This document shows positions 1 to 10,013 of a DNA stretch of 64,000 nucleotides, piece after piece. The translations under genes were made by a program, and so were the position numbers. Source of the stretch: an uncultured candidate division Zixibacteria bacterium. Its GTDB lineage: Bacteria > Zixibacteria > MSB-5A5 > GN15 > FEB-12. The notes under the pieces were generated by a model, which was not told the origin of the DNA, did no database searches, and saw only the letters and a list, made by a program, of their open reading frames with translations. Position 1 is the stretch's first letter, and each line of letters starts with the position of its first letter. The DNA is taken from positions 224,001 to 288,000 of the forward strand of contig CAWDXE010000007.1 in NCBI GenBank assembly GCA_963806185.1. Reading direction: 5' to 3'.

Positions 1-1622
1 CCACCCAGACTCGTGACGGAGATTCCAGTCAGGAGCGAAGCGGAACTGATCAGGTTTGCATTTGATGGGACGGTAACGATCATGCGTACACTGTCGATGA
101 CGTTACTGTTCCTGATCCGCACGGTTTGCCAAATGCACCCGTTGCCAGAGACCGTGGTAGTGCCCGGCTGGGCCATTTCCACCAGGACAGAGTCGACCGT
201 ACCCCGCTTGGGTGTGGCAATAAGATAGTCACAGAGCGCCGAGGGCGCTGTAGTCACGTATCCGTTCCACGTGGAGTCGAAGTGCGGTTTCAGATACCGT
301 CCGGCCCATGTTGGAGAAAAACCGGCGGGGTCCCACTTCAGGATCAGCGCTACCCGATCGGTCAGGGGACTGGCCGGTATTGTGTCAACCGTGTTCTGAT
401 AGATAGCCGTCTCGTCGCCCTGGAGAGGGGCCACGGCTTCCCAGCCCAGATTGGTGTCGAGGACAGTGTAGTCCGTAGCATCCAGATTGGCGGAATTGTC
501 ATTGAATACAATGGTAACACCAGGATCGTATTGGCTCTGCTTCCCGACGGCAAGAGTATTCATGAGCTGAATGGTGTAGGTGACCGAACTCGTGTCTACT
601 CTGCTGACCGTTGTCGACGAAGGCAGAGTCGCCTTGACTTCGGTCGAATCACGCATCGACAACGTGCCGCCACTGAAGACGGCCCCGATGCCGGCAAAAC
701 AAAGATCAAAATGTTGACTTAGGCCGTAAGGGAAAGCGAGCTTGGCCGTATCCATGATGGACGAACTGCACTGGGGAGTTACCCAAATGCGGTAAAGGGT
801 ATCACCCGTCGGTTCCGCTTTGGGTGTGAGAGTATATGTGGAAACGCCAATCGTATCGGTTCTGGTCGCGTCAACATCTTCGATAAACCAAACGCTGTTG
901 AAGGAGATCGAATCGAAATGCAGCTTTGAGTGATTGTAACGAATGACGTGATCAAAACCTGCATATCGGTGATTCCCCTCGGCCAAAACAGGTATTGGGA
1001 TCGAGCGGCCGCGCGCGTTTGACACGGTCTGATAGGGAGTCCAGTACGCAAACCAGGAATCATCGACCGTCACGCCGCCTGCATAGCAGTGCCCGGAGAT
1101 CGGCGTGAAGAGATTTCCCGTGTGCTTGCTGACCAGATAGGTTCGTTCGCTTTGCATGACGGTCAGCGACATTGAGCTGAAATCGGGCAGGCACAGGGGA
1201 CTGAAATAGGCTGTCGCGAATTGGACGTAGCTGCTGGTCAGCGGCTTGCCGCCACTGGCAAAAGAGAGCGTGACCCGACCAACGGAAGCGGAGTCGATGA
1301 CGGTAAAACTACCATTCCAGTTTGACGTGGCTGCGGCACTAATGAAGTCGAGACTGCCCTGGTCATACTGAATGACGACAGTCATATTCAGAACCGAATC
1401 GGTGGTCCAGAAAGAACTGCTCGATTTCAGGTTGATCGGGATTTCTGCGCGAGTCAACGAGGTGTCGGTTCGCGTACCGTAGTTGAAAGAATAGTCACTT
1501 CCAAGTTGAAGATAGAGGCTGGTGTCGGAAATGATGATGTTAGGCGAGGCCATGATCAGCGGTGCCGTCAGGCACAGGGCGATCATGAGCGCGCTCAGGA
1601 GAATTATCCTTTTACCAAACAT
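1..1622 (-). CDS. Secreted multi-domain protein with cohesin-like beta-sandwich repeats (partial, runs off window start)
   Basis: Not in the ORF track because there is no stop inside the window. My translation from ATG 1622 (RBS AAAGGA) is open to base 1: signal peptide MFGKRIILLSALMIALCLTAPLIMA, then cohesin-like segments 'EIPINL...VVIQYDQGSLDFISA' and 'IPIPVLAEG...GFDHVIRYNHSKLHFDSISF'. Confidence 0.7.
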   Translation of the reverse strand, partial: MFGKRIILLSALMIALCLTAPLIMASPNIIISDTSLYLQLGSDYSFNYGTRTDTSLTRAEIPINLKSSSSFWTTDSVLNMTVVIQYDQGSLDFISAAATSNWNGSFTVIDSASVGRVTLSFASGGKPLTSSYVQFATAYFSPLCLPDFSSMSLTVMQSERTYLVSKHTGNLFTPISGHCYAGGVTVDDSWFAYWTPYQTVSNARGRSIPIPVLAEGNHRYAGFDHVIRYNHSKLHFDSISFNSVWFIEDVDATRTDTIGVSTYTLTPKAEPTGDTLYRIWVTPQCSSSIMDTAKLAFPYGLSQHFDLCFAGIGAVFSGGTLSMRDSTEVKATLPSSTTVSRVDTSSVTYTIQLMNTLAVGKQSQYDPGVTIVFNDNSANLDATDYTVLDTNLGWEAVAPLQGDETAIYQNTVDTIPASPLTDRVALILKWDPAGFSPTWAGRYLKPHFDSTWNGYVTTAPSALCDYLIATPKRGTVDSVLVEMAQPGTTTVSGNGCIWQTVRIRNSNVIDSVRMIVTVPSNANLISSASLLTGISVTSLG

Positions 1623-1896
1623 GGTGAATCCTTTCTTGGGATATGACGATGCAATTTTCAGGTTCTCGTGGCCCTTTGCGTGTGTGCGGCCGTTCTCACC
1701 TCCTTTGGTCAGACAAGGCAAACGGGAAGACAGAGGCCCTGCTCTGCGCCGAAGTGTTAGTATGTGGCGACAACCTATTGCTCGATCCGCAGCTCGCGCA
1801 CGGTCTGCCAATGATTCGTTGGAACGGAGGATCCGAAGGCGCCTGGTCGCCAGTTGCCTAATGCCGATCTTCTCCGGAAAGAAGGATGCAATACGT

Positions 1897-1935
1897 CACT
1901 GTCAGAATCTGACAGTGCGAGTCAAAAAAAGTGAC
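1897..1935. promoter_or_regulatory. Palindromic operator/enhancer-like sites
   Basis: Perfect inverted repeat CACTGTCAGA-A-TCTGACAGTG (1897-1917) followed by GTCA-N7-TGAC (1921-1935) in a divergent intergenic region. Confidence 0.5.
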
Positions 1936-2314
1936 ACCCCGGCCAACATTTCTCGGAGCATCCAGACAAGGCGCTCGCCGACGGCATTGTCCGCTCGAAT
2001 GAATGAGGACCAGCCGGCGGCACGTGTTCAGAGAGGCGCGGAAGAATCGATGCCAAAAGGAGATAGCTGAATGAGCGCGGGGGCGAAATGTACTCGGGAT
2101 CACTTTGGATATGGATGCGTCATCGTTGTGCCGCACGATCTGTCAGGATGCCGCTGTCTTCTGCGAGAGTGGAAAGTTCAACTTCCGACCGGTGAGAATC
2201 TGCTTGTCCTTGTTCGCCAATCAGTTGTCTGGATGCACCGGCATCGGTAGATTTTTCGCATGTGCTGTTGAGGCCACGATTGTCGACGGACACATGCGTC
2301 TCCATTTTTCCCGC

Positions 2315-2343
2315 TTGCCCTCCGCACTGACTATTTCTATCTT
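2315..2343 (+). promoter_or_regulatory. Possible sigma70 promoter of the HMGCS operon
   Basis: TTGCCC-N17-TATCTT about 100 bp upstream of ATG 2443. Confidence 0.3.
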
Positions 2344-2442
2344 AGTACTCTATGATTGCGGACGTCACACTCCATCTATGCTATTATTGCATTGAACCAC
2401 AACATATTAGACTTGCCCGCACAACCTGTATCGAGGTGAATT

Positions 2443-3492
2443 ATGGCAGGAATCGTCGGTTACGGCGCCCATCTCCCGCGACATCGCATTAGAGTCGAAG
2501 AGATTGCGAAAGTCTGGGGCATGGATGCCAACAGCTACAAAAAGGGACTGATGCTACGGGAAAAATCCGTGCCACCTTCTGACATGGACACGATCACCCT
2601 GTCGGTCGAGGCGGCGCGCAATGCACTCCGGCGGGCGATGATCGTGAAGCCGGCGGATATCGGAGCGATTTACATCGGTTCGGAATCTCATCCGTACGCG
2701 GTGAAGCCATCCGGAACGACTGTCGCCGAGGCAATCGGCGCGACGCCCGATATCCATTGCGCCGATTTTGAGTTCGCCTGTAAGGCAGGCTCGGAAGCGA
2801 TGTTTGTCGCCCTGTCGCATGTCCAGTCAGGATTCATGAAATATGCTCTGGCAATTGCGGCCGATACCTCGCAGGGTGCGCCGGCCGACGCGCTGGAGTT
2901 TTCCGCGGCGGCCGGAGCGGGAGCCTTCATCATGGGGATGGATCACCTGGTGGCGGAGTGTCTTTTCACCCACTCGTATATGACCGACATGCCCGATTTC
3001 TGGCGACGCGAGCACCAGTTTTATCCTCAGCACGGTGGACGGTTCACCGGTGAAGAAGCCTATTTTGCACACACCAAGGGTGCTTCGAATGCGATTTTGA
3101 AAAAGGCGAATATGAAGCCGAAAGACTTTGCCTACGCTGTCTTCCATCAGCCGAACGGCAAATTCCCGCAGCGGGTTGCGCTGGAGCTGGGCTTCACGCA
3201 GGAACAGATCAATCCGGGATGGCTGTCACCGACTCTCGGCAACACCTATTCGGGTGCGTCGCCAATTGGATTGACGGCGACGCTCGATGTCGCCAAACCG
3301 GGTGATATGATTTTCATGTGCTCCTACGGTTCCGGAGCGGGGTCGGATGCTTTTGTCTGGAAAGTGACCGATCGAATCAACGAGGTACGCGACAAGGCGG
3401 TTCGCACCAGGAAGCTGCTCGAGGAGAATCTGACCTATGTCGATTACGGCACGTACGCCAAGTACCGTCACAAAATCCGGAAGAACGAGTAG
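2443..3492 (+). CDS. Hydroxymethylglutaryl-CoA synthase, archaeal type
   Basis: GIVGYG start, [11 protein letters not shown], catalytic [21 protein letters not shown] and [11 protein letters not shown] motifs; 349 aa. Confidence 0.92.
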   Translation: MAGIVGYGAHLPRHRIRVEEIAKVWGMDANSYKKGLMLREKSVPPSDMDTITLSVEAARNALRRAMIVKPADIGAIYIGSESHPYAVKPSGTTVAEAIGATPDIHCADFEFACKAGSEAMFVALSHVQSGFMKYALAIAADTSQGAPADALEFSAAAGAGAFIMGMDHLVAECLFTHSYMTDMPDFWRREHQFYPQHGGRFTGEEAYFAHTKGASNAILKKANMKPKDFAYAVFHQPNGKFPQRVALELGFTQEQINPGWLSPTLGNTYSGASPIGLTATLDVAKPGDMIFMCSYGSGAGSDAFVWKVTDRINEVRDKAVRTRKLLEENLTYVDYGTYAKYRHKIRKNE

Positions 3493-3506
3493 GAGGTGAT
3501 GAGCAT

Positions 3507-4669
3507 ATGAGAGAAGTTTGTGTCGTTGGCGTCGGCCTGAGTGAATGGGGTGAGGTCTGGCGGTCGTCGATTCGCGATTTATGGGTCGATGCCGCCATGG
3601 CGGCGATCAAGAATGCCGGTGTGGATCATATCGACTCGATGTATGTCGGATGCATGTCCGGCGGATTGTTTACCGGACAGGAACATCTGGGTCCGCTGAT
3701 GGCGGATTATCTCGGCATGCGGGGTATTCCGGCGACGCGAGTCGAATCGGCGTGTGCGTCGGGGGGAATGTCTTTCCGGCAGGCGTACATCGAAGTTGGT
3801 TCGGGGTTGTCGGAGATCGTACTCGCGACCGGTGTCGAGAAGATGACTGACATCTCCGGTGACGACGCGACCTACGCGCTCGCGACGGCCGCGGATCAGG
3901 AATACGAAGTATTTCACGGCGCGACATTCCCCGGCCTCTACGCCATGATGGCCCATGCCCATATGGCGAAGTACGGAACGACGCGCGAGATGCTTTCGGC
4001 CGTCGCGGTGAAGAATCATCGCAACGGTGCAAAGAATCCGGTGGCGCAGTATCCGTTCGAAGTGACCGCCGACACAGGTCGGAAGCTCAGTGATGATTGC
4101 CGATCCGCTGCGGGTGCTGGACTGCTCGCCGATTACCGACGGTGCGGCCGCGGTAGTAGTGTGTTCGGTCGACGTGGCCAAGAAATTGAAGAAGCCGTAC
4201 ATCAAAGTGACCGGCTCGGCCATCGGTACCGATTCGATGGCGCTCTGTCAGCGCGATGATATGACGACCATCAAGGCAGCCACGATCGCCTCGAAAAAAG
4301 CGCTCCAGATGGCCGGGCAAGAAGATCGAAGAAATCAATTTCGCCGAATTGCACGACTGTTTCACGATCGCCGAGATCATGCTGGCGGAATCGCTCGGCA
4401 TTTTCCAGCCGGGTAAAGCCGGACAGGCGGCGCTTGACGGGATTACGTCACTCGAAGGGAAATTCCCGCTCAATCCATCGGGCGGTCTCAAATCCAAGGG
4501 ACATCCGGTCGGCGCGACCGGGGTGGCGCAGATCGTCGAGGTATACAAGCAGCTCACCGGCATGGCCGAGAATGGTCGCCAGATTCCGAAGGCGCCGAAG
4601 ATCGGCATGGCCCAAAACATGGGCGGCTCGGGCGCATCATCGGTCGTTCATATCCTGGAGGTGGCGTGA
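3507..4669 (+). CDS. Acetoacetyl-CoA thiolase, archaeal/SCP2-like type (two apparent frameshifts, ~4075 and ~4320)
   Basis: Consecutive fragments carry ESACASGG (catalytic Cys), [38 protein letters not shown] and QNMGGSG. Confidence 0.88.
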
Positions 4670-5070
4670 TGACTATGTTCAGCGCGCGCAATTGGCGCGA
4701 ATATCCGCAGCGCTACCGTCTGGAGGCGGTGCGCTTCAAGAAGAGCGGCAAGACCTATTATCCGCCGCGCAAGGTCGATCCGGAGACGGGTGACACCGAA
4801 TTCGAGAAAGTGATTCTTCCGGATACCGGCAAGGTGCTGACTTATACGGTCATTCGCACGGCCCCGCCGATGTGGAAGGACCTGGCGCCGTATGCGCTGG
4901 CGATTGTCGAGCTGACCGACGGCACGCGCATAATGGTGCAGATGACCGACTGCGACGTGGACAAAGTGCACATCGGTATGGAGGTCCGGCTGGAGTTCCG
5001 CAAGATTCAGAACGAAGGTGATGCCGGTGTGCTCAGCTACGGGCACAAGGCCGTGCCGAAGTGGTATTGA
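4669..5070 (+). CDS. DUF35 (ChsH2-like OB-fold) scaffold protein
   Basis: WREYPQRYRL...YYPPR, GKVLTYTVI, PYALAIVEL, IGMEVRLEFRK and YGHK motifs; overlaps the thiolase stop (TGATG). Confidence 0.88.
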   Translation: MTMFSARNWREYPQRYRLEAVRFKKSGKTYYPPRKVDPETGDTEFEKVILPDTGKVLTYTVIRTAPPMWKDLAPYALAIVELTDGTRIMVQMTDCDVDKVHIGMEVRLEFRKIQNEGDAGVLSYGHKAVPKWY

Positions 5071-5524
5071 GGGGGCAATCTGCCGCGAGAAAGCGGCAGA
5101 TCCGATCTGACCTGTCGCCATCATCTTAGATGGGGGACCTCCCCGATTGGAATTCTATCGCGGGGGTCCTTCGAACTCTATATCTAAGCTATAACAGCAG
5201 TTGTAACGGTAGGAGCAGCCAATTCTCCGCTTTGTCTAAAGCAATTCAACCATCGTGAAAGCGGATGATTGTTGTGGCGACTTCTTTACGGTCAACTTGG
5301 TTCGCAAATACTGCTTGACATGAATGGCATGTAGTTCGTCATTGTAAACGGGGGCTAATTTCGCGATATACCGTTTTCAAGGATTTCTGGGATGCGTGAC
5401 GGCAGGGCAAAGGCGCATTTTGAATCGTCCATTCGGAGTAAGATTCGCGTGGGGGATACCGTATTCAGGAAGAAGATTTACACTCTTCCTGCCCTCAAAG
5501 GGAACGTATTAGCAATGAAAGGAG

Positions 5525-5887
5525 GTGAGTACATTGAAAAGATCGAAAACATTTGAATTGTCAGTTATTGCGGTCTCGTTACTTGTGATTTTCATCGGTT
5601 GCGAAGAATCGACGGATGATAATTGGGTAACAGTGCGCGGTATCGTCACAGATGCGACAACCGGCGTGCCACTGGATTCCGCTTTGATCCACTTGCGGGA
5701 CACACTTACTGATCCAGCGGGTGAATCCGATTCGCTTGGCAACTATTCGGCGACTGATCTCGGCTCCGCTCCGGTCGAAGTGTACTGTGTGCGCACGGGC
5801 TATGTCACGCAAATGCGATTGGTGCAAAAGCAGAAATTCCAAAACTCGTATAGGGGAATCAATTTCAAGATGGTGCAACAACAATGA
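5525..5887 (+). CDS. Lipoprotein with carboxypeptidase-regulatory-like beta-sandwich
   Basis: RBS AAGGAG, hydrophobic stretch ending in lipobox FIGC; 'VRGIVTDATTGVPL...SDSLGNY...GY' pattern. Confidence 0.65.
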   Translation: MSTLKRSKTFELSVIAVSLLVIFIGCEESTDDNWVTVRGIVTDATTGVPLDSALIHLRDTLTDPAGESDSLGNYSATDLGSAPVEVYCVRTGYVTQMRLVQKQKFQNSYRGINFKMVQQQ

Positions 5888-5897
5888 GGGAGAGGGT

Positions 5898-7907
5898 ATG
5901 AAATCTTGTACGTTTTGGCTATTCTTGATAGTCATTTTGGTTGGGGGGGGGGCTTACTGCATTCCGCTCAGCAACTGCTACATCGCAGGCGATAGCTCCG
6001 AAGTCAATTATTCGAATATCGAATCGCTTGGTGGCCGCGTAATCCACTACTTCCCACCCAACGAATACCTCTGTCATTTCCAGCCAAGTTTGCTGCAAAA
6101 GGCTGTTTCGGTAATGACCGCCTCCGGAGTCAAAGTATTATCTCTGACTGACGACAATTCATCGCTATCGACGTATTCTGTTGAAAATGGTGGATACGGA
6201 TTGATGTGTTTTATGGCTGGACGGGGTTTCTCGACCGAGGAATTGTCTCCAAGCCGGATCGCACCGGACCCCGGAGACACGATGCCATTCCAGTGCAGTT
6301 TTCATCACGAGGAGGGAGGCAGTTCAGCGGCCGCGTCATCATCAATTATGCGGCCTTCACTTGCAAACATGAATACGAGTGAATATCTAATTGGGCGTAT
6401 AGCTGTCTGCGTCATGCTGATGGAAAGCACAGGGCCCATGGAAAATTGGACTACCTCCAAGGAAAACACTTCCATTCTGAATGCGTTCGAAGCGTGTGAC
6501 GAGCTCAGTGCCCAAGCCCTAGCGTACAACGTTCCGTTAACCTGGGTGTACGAAATACACACTCAGGTATCGACGCCGGAAGAGCCGATCATGACTTATT
6601 ATCCATATTGGGGCGGCCTTCCACCTCAATGGATCTTCGGTTGGATCGATGACGCGTGGGAAGCACTGGGAGTCGGCGAAGAGTGGGATGGATCGTATGC
6701 CAATGCGAACAGAATGCGCAGGCAATACGGCGCAGATTATGGCCTGACGCTTTTCATTGTAATGAATCAGACGGTGCCGACATTTCCAACTGGTGCCAAC
6801 GGTTATTCACAATCGTGGTCGGAATCATTAGGGGAACGTTGGCAGGCACCGTTTGCGGTCGCTACTCATTATCGAGGTGAAGGCACGGCGACCTACAGCG
6901 ACAGAGTATTCGCACACGAAATGCTACATGTCTTCGGGGCATCGGACGAGTATTCTGATGCGCCTGGTTGCTCCAGTGAAGACAATTGTAGCGACGAATA
7001 CGGTTTCCTGCATCATGATAATTTGAATTGCGCACACTGTGGATCCCAGGACGATTGCATCATGTTAAGCGTAGGCTACGGGTATCGTTTTTGTGCGCAC
7101 TCCCGATACCACATAGGATGGGTCGATTCCGACGGGGATGGAGCCCCGACGCCAATTGATCCAAATGCCGAGTCGTGGTTTACGATCGGACCCGTCATCA
7201 CGGGTGACTTGGCGAAAATTTACACCGTAAGCGGATCGGCGGTTCGGACAATTAGCGTAACAGACGACAAGCGTGGCGTCTACCCAGGCGGTGGCGGTAT
7301 TCTGTTTGATTGTCAGAATTATGGAGGCGGGGAAATCGCTCCCGGAATCTATTACTGGACCGTTAACGACGGCCCACCGCATACCACCACGCTCTTTCAA
7401 GCAGAATCACCATCATTGACGGTGAATTCAATTGCATACTCTAACGATACCCTGAGATGGGAAATGCCAAACTCCTTCGCGTATCTGACTCTCGAGATTC
7501 TGGCCGTCGATCGTTGGCACAATGATGACACGTTTCTACTGGCGAAACCGCAGTGGAATAAATTTCACTTCAGTTCCGTTGATATGCCACACAAGAAACA
7601 GGCAATGACGGGCATAGAATGCAACCCGTGCCGTGCACGGTTCATGTTATGGTTGCCCATGGGTAACGTGGGTCCAACTGTGGAATATTCGTTCGACACA
7701 TACCAGTGCGGTGATTTCGATGGCGTACCGGGTGTGGACATTGGCGATGTGGATTGGCTAATCGCGTTTCTCTTTTCCGATGGCCTACCACCGAGTCCTA
7801 TGGTAGCAGCCGATGTCGATTGTACGAATAACGTCGATATGGGAGATCTCACTGCGCTCATAGACAATCTTTTTATATCTTTTTCGCCTCTGATGTGTTG
7901 TTGGTAG
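5898..7907 (+). CDS. Secreted zinc metalloprotease (metzincin-like) with C-terminal dockerin
   Basis: Signal peptide from ATG 5898; AHEMLHVFGASDEY Zn motif; Met-turn-like CIM; dockerin pair GDFDGVPGVDIGD / ADVDCTNNVDMGD ending in CCW. Confidence 0.75.
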   Translation: MKSCTFWLFLIVILVGGGAYCIPLSNCYIAGDSSEVNYSNIESLGGRVIHYFPPNEYLCHFQPSLLQKAVSVMTASGVKVLSLTDDNSSLSTYSVENGGYGLMCFMAGRGFSTEELSPSRIAPDPGDTMPFQCSFHHEEGGSSAAASSSIMRPSLANMNTSEYLIGRIAVCVMLMESTGPMENWTTSKENTSILNAFEACDELSAQALAYNVPLTWVYEIHTQVSTPEEPIMTYYPYWGGLPPQWIFGWIDDAWEALGVGEEWDGSYANANRMRRQYGADYGLTLFIVMNQTVPTFPTGANGYSQSWSESLGERWQAPFAVATHYRGEGTATYSDRVFAHEMLHVFGASDEYSDAPGCSSEDNCSDEYGFLHHDNLNCAHCGSQDDCIMLSVGYGYRFCAHSRYHIGWVDSDGDGAPTPIDPNAESWFTIGPVITGDLAKIYTVSGSAVRTISVTDDKRGVYPGGGGILFDCQNYGGGEIAPGIYYWTVNDGPPHTTTLFQAESPSLTVNSIAYSNDTLRWEMPNSFAYLTLEILAVDRWHNDDTFLLAKPQWNKFHFSSVDMPHKKQAMTGIECNPCRARFMLWLPMGNVGPTVEYSFDTYQCGDFDGVPGVDIGDVDWLIAFLFSDGLPPSPMVAADVDCTNNVDMGDLTALIDNLFISFSPLMCCW

Positions 7908-8206
7908 CCGAGTCTCCAATCCTATGCACGCGGAGGATTCGTTTCCTTCGCGTGCCATGAACGGCATCGTCGACTATAGATGGTGCAGTGCTCCGTCTCT
8001 CGTTAGCCTGTTCCGATGCCCTCAAACCCAGAGCACTATCACTTTCAGTGTCCTGTTTCTGGATCGCCGTCGTTGAATGACCACGGGTCCGACGCGACTA
8101 CCCCCTTTACAAATCGCCCCGATCCCCCTATATTCTCGGCTTTCCAGACGGAATGCGAACCGGGTCGAGATTGACCCACAACCATTTAGGCGAAATCATA
8201 GGCTAC

Positions 8207-10008
8207 GTGAAGAAAAACATTCGTGTCGGCAATGCCGGCGGCTACTGGGGCGACGATCTCTCGGCGCTCAAACGTCAGCTTATGGGCGGGCCGCTTGACT
8301 ATATCACCATGGATTTCCTCGCGGAAATCACCATGTCGATTCTCCAGCGTCAGCGCAAACAGAACGCCGATCTTGGCTACGCCGTTGATTTTCTCGATCA
8401 GCTTTCGGAATGTCTCCCGTTGATTGTAAAGAAGAACGTGCGCGTCATTTCCAACGCCGGCGGGATCAACCCGATCGGCATGGGGCGGAAGATCGTCGAG
8501 ATGGCCCGGAAGATGGGGCTGGATATCAAAGTCGGCATCGTCTATGGCGACGATATCGTCAACAACCTGTACGAACTGAGTGCGGCCGGCGAGCGCTTTA
8601 CCAATATGGAGACGGGCGAGGACTTCTTCGGCGTCCGTTCTCGGATTTCGTCGGCCAATATCTATCTTGGCGCCGAGCCGGTCGTGAAAGCGCTCGAAGC
8701 GGGGTGCCAGATTGTCGTCACCGGACGGGTCACCGATACCGGCATCACGCTCGCGCCGATGATTCACGAATTCGGCTGGGCGATGGACGATTGGGACAAG
8801 ATGGCGGCGGGCATCATCGCCGGACATATCATCGAGTGCGGCGCGCAGGCGTCGGGCGGGAATATCAGCGACTGGCACGAGGTGCCGAGTTTCCACAATA
8901 TCGGCTATCCGATTATCGAGATGGAAGCGAGCGGTGAGTTCACCGTCACCAAGCACAAGGGAACAGGCGGGCTGGTAAGTGAAAAGACGGTCAAGGAACA
9001 GCTGGTGTATGAAATGGGGGATCCCTCAAATTACATCTCACCCGACGGTGTGGCGCGGTTTGATACGATTCAACTCAAGCAGGACGGCAAGGACCGGGTC
9101 CGCGTATTTGGTATCAAGGGAAAGCCGGAGCCGGATTGCCTGAAAGTATCGATGTCATTCGAGGACGGTTGGAAATCCTCGGGCGAAGTGCTGGTCTGCG
9201 GTCCGGATACGTCGCGCAAAGCGAAGATCATCGCAGAAATCTTCTGGAAGAAACTGAATCACAAGTACGAGGCGACATATACGGAGATGATCGGCTCCGG
9301 GTCGATCTGGCCGGCAGCAGTGGCCCAAGGGCGAGTCGAACGAGATTTTACTGCGTTTCGGCGTTCGCGACAAGAAGTACGAAAAGGTGCGCGACTTCGG
9401 CAAAGCGCTCTCTACATTGATTCTGTCCGGTCCGGCGGGGATGGCGGTGACGGCGAAGGGTCGTCCGAAACCGACGCAGGTCATTGCCTACTGGCCGGCG
9501 CTGATGCACCGCAGCCGCGTCAAGGCGAAAGTGCTGACGATCAATACGCAGGGTGACGAAGATTTCTTCGAGATTACGTTCCCGATGCGGGTACATTCTC
9601 TGCAGGGCGATGAGGTCAAGGCTGTTGCTCCCGCCAGACGAAAGAAGGTGGTCGGTGGTCGGCAGATCGCGGCACGACTCCAGGACATCTGCTATGCGCG
9701 GTCCGGCGACAAAGGGGATACGTGCAATGTCGGCGTTCTGGCGCGATCGCAAGAGGCATATGACTGGATCGTTCAGAATCTGACGGCTGAAAAAGTTCGG
9801 CAGTTCTTCAAGGGGATCACGCTCGGCAAGGTGATTCGCTATGAACTGGACAATCTTGCAGGGATTGAATTTCCTGTTGGAGGAAACGCTGGGCGGTGGC
9901 GGTACCAAATCGCTCAAGATAGATCCTCAGGGCAAGACCCTGGCGCAGGCATTGTTGCAAATGCCGGTCAAAGTACCGGCGGGCCTGGTGAAAACCGGCA
10001 GGCGGTGA
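8207..10008 (+). CDS. atuA: AtuA (DUF1446) family protein (frameshifts ~9330 and ~9860)
   Basis: IRVGNAGGYWGD, DFLAEITM, NAGGINP, SANIYLGA, TGRVTD, GHIIECGAQASGGN, EQLVYE, ARSGDKGD and DPQGK motifs across the fragments. Confidence 0.85.
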
Positions 10009-10013
10009 AAAGT

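Noticed and set aside
13..2395. Short ORF-track calls here, and long antisense ORFs elsewhere (e.g. 15894-16973, 50964-51887, 59912-61246)
   Set aside because: Most are shadows of well-supported genes on the other strand or frame; those in 1623-2442 are intergenic ORFs without recognisable motifs.
2443..5070. phlACB (diacetylphloroglucinol) cluster
   Set aside because: The first gene retains HMGCS catalytic motifs (FACKAG, HQPN) and there is no type III PKS nearby.
5395..5470. c-di-GMP-I riboswitch suggested by GGGCAAA
   Set aside because: The GAAA-loop stem and GACGCAAAGC core are missing.
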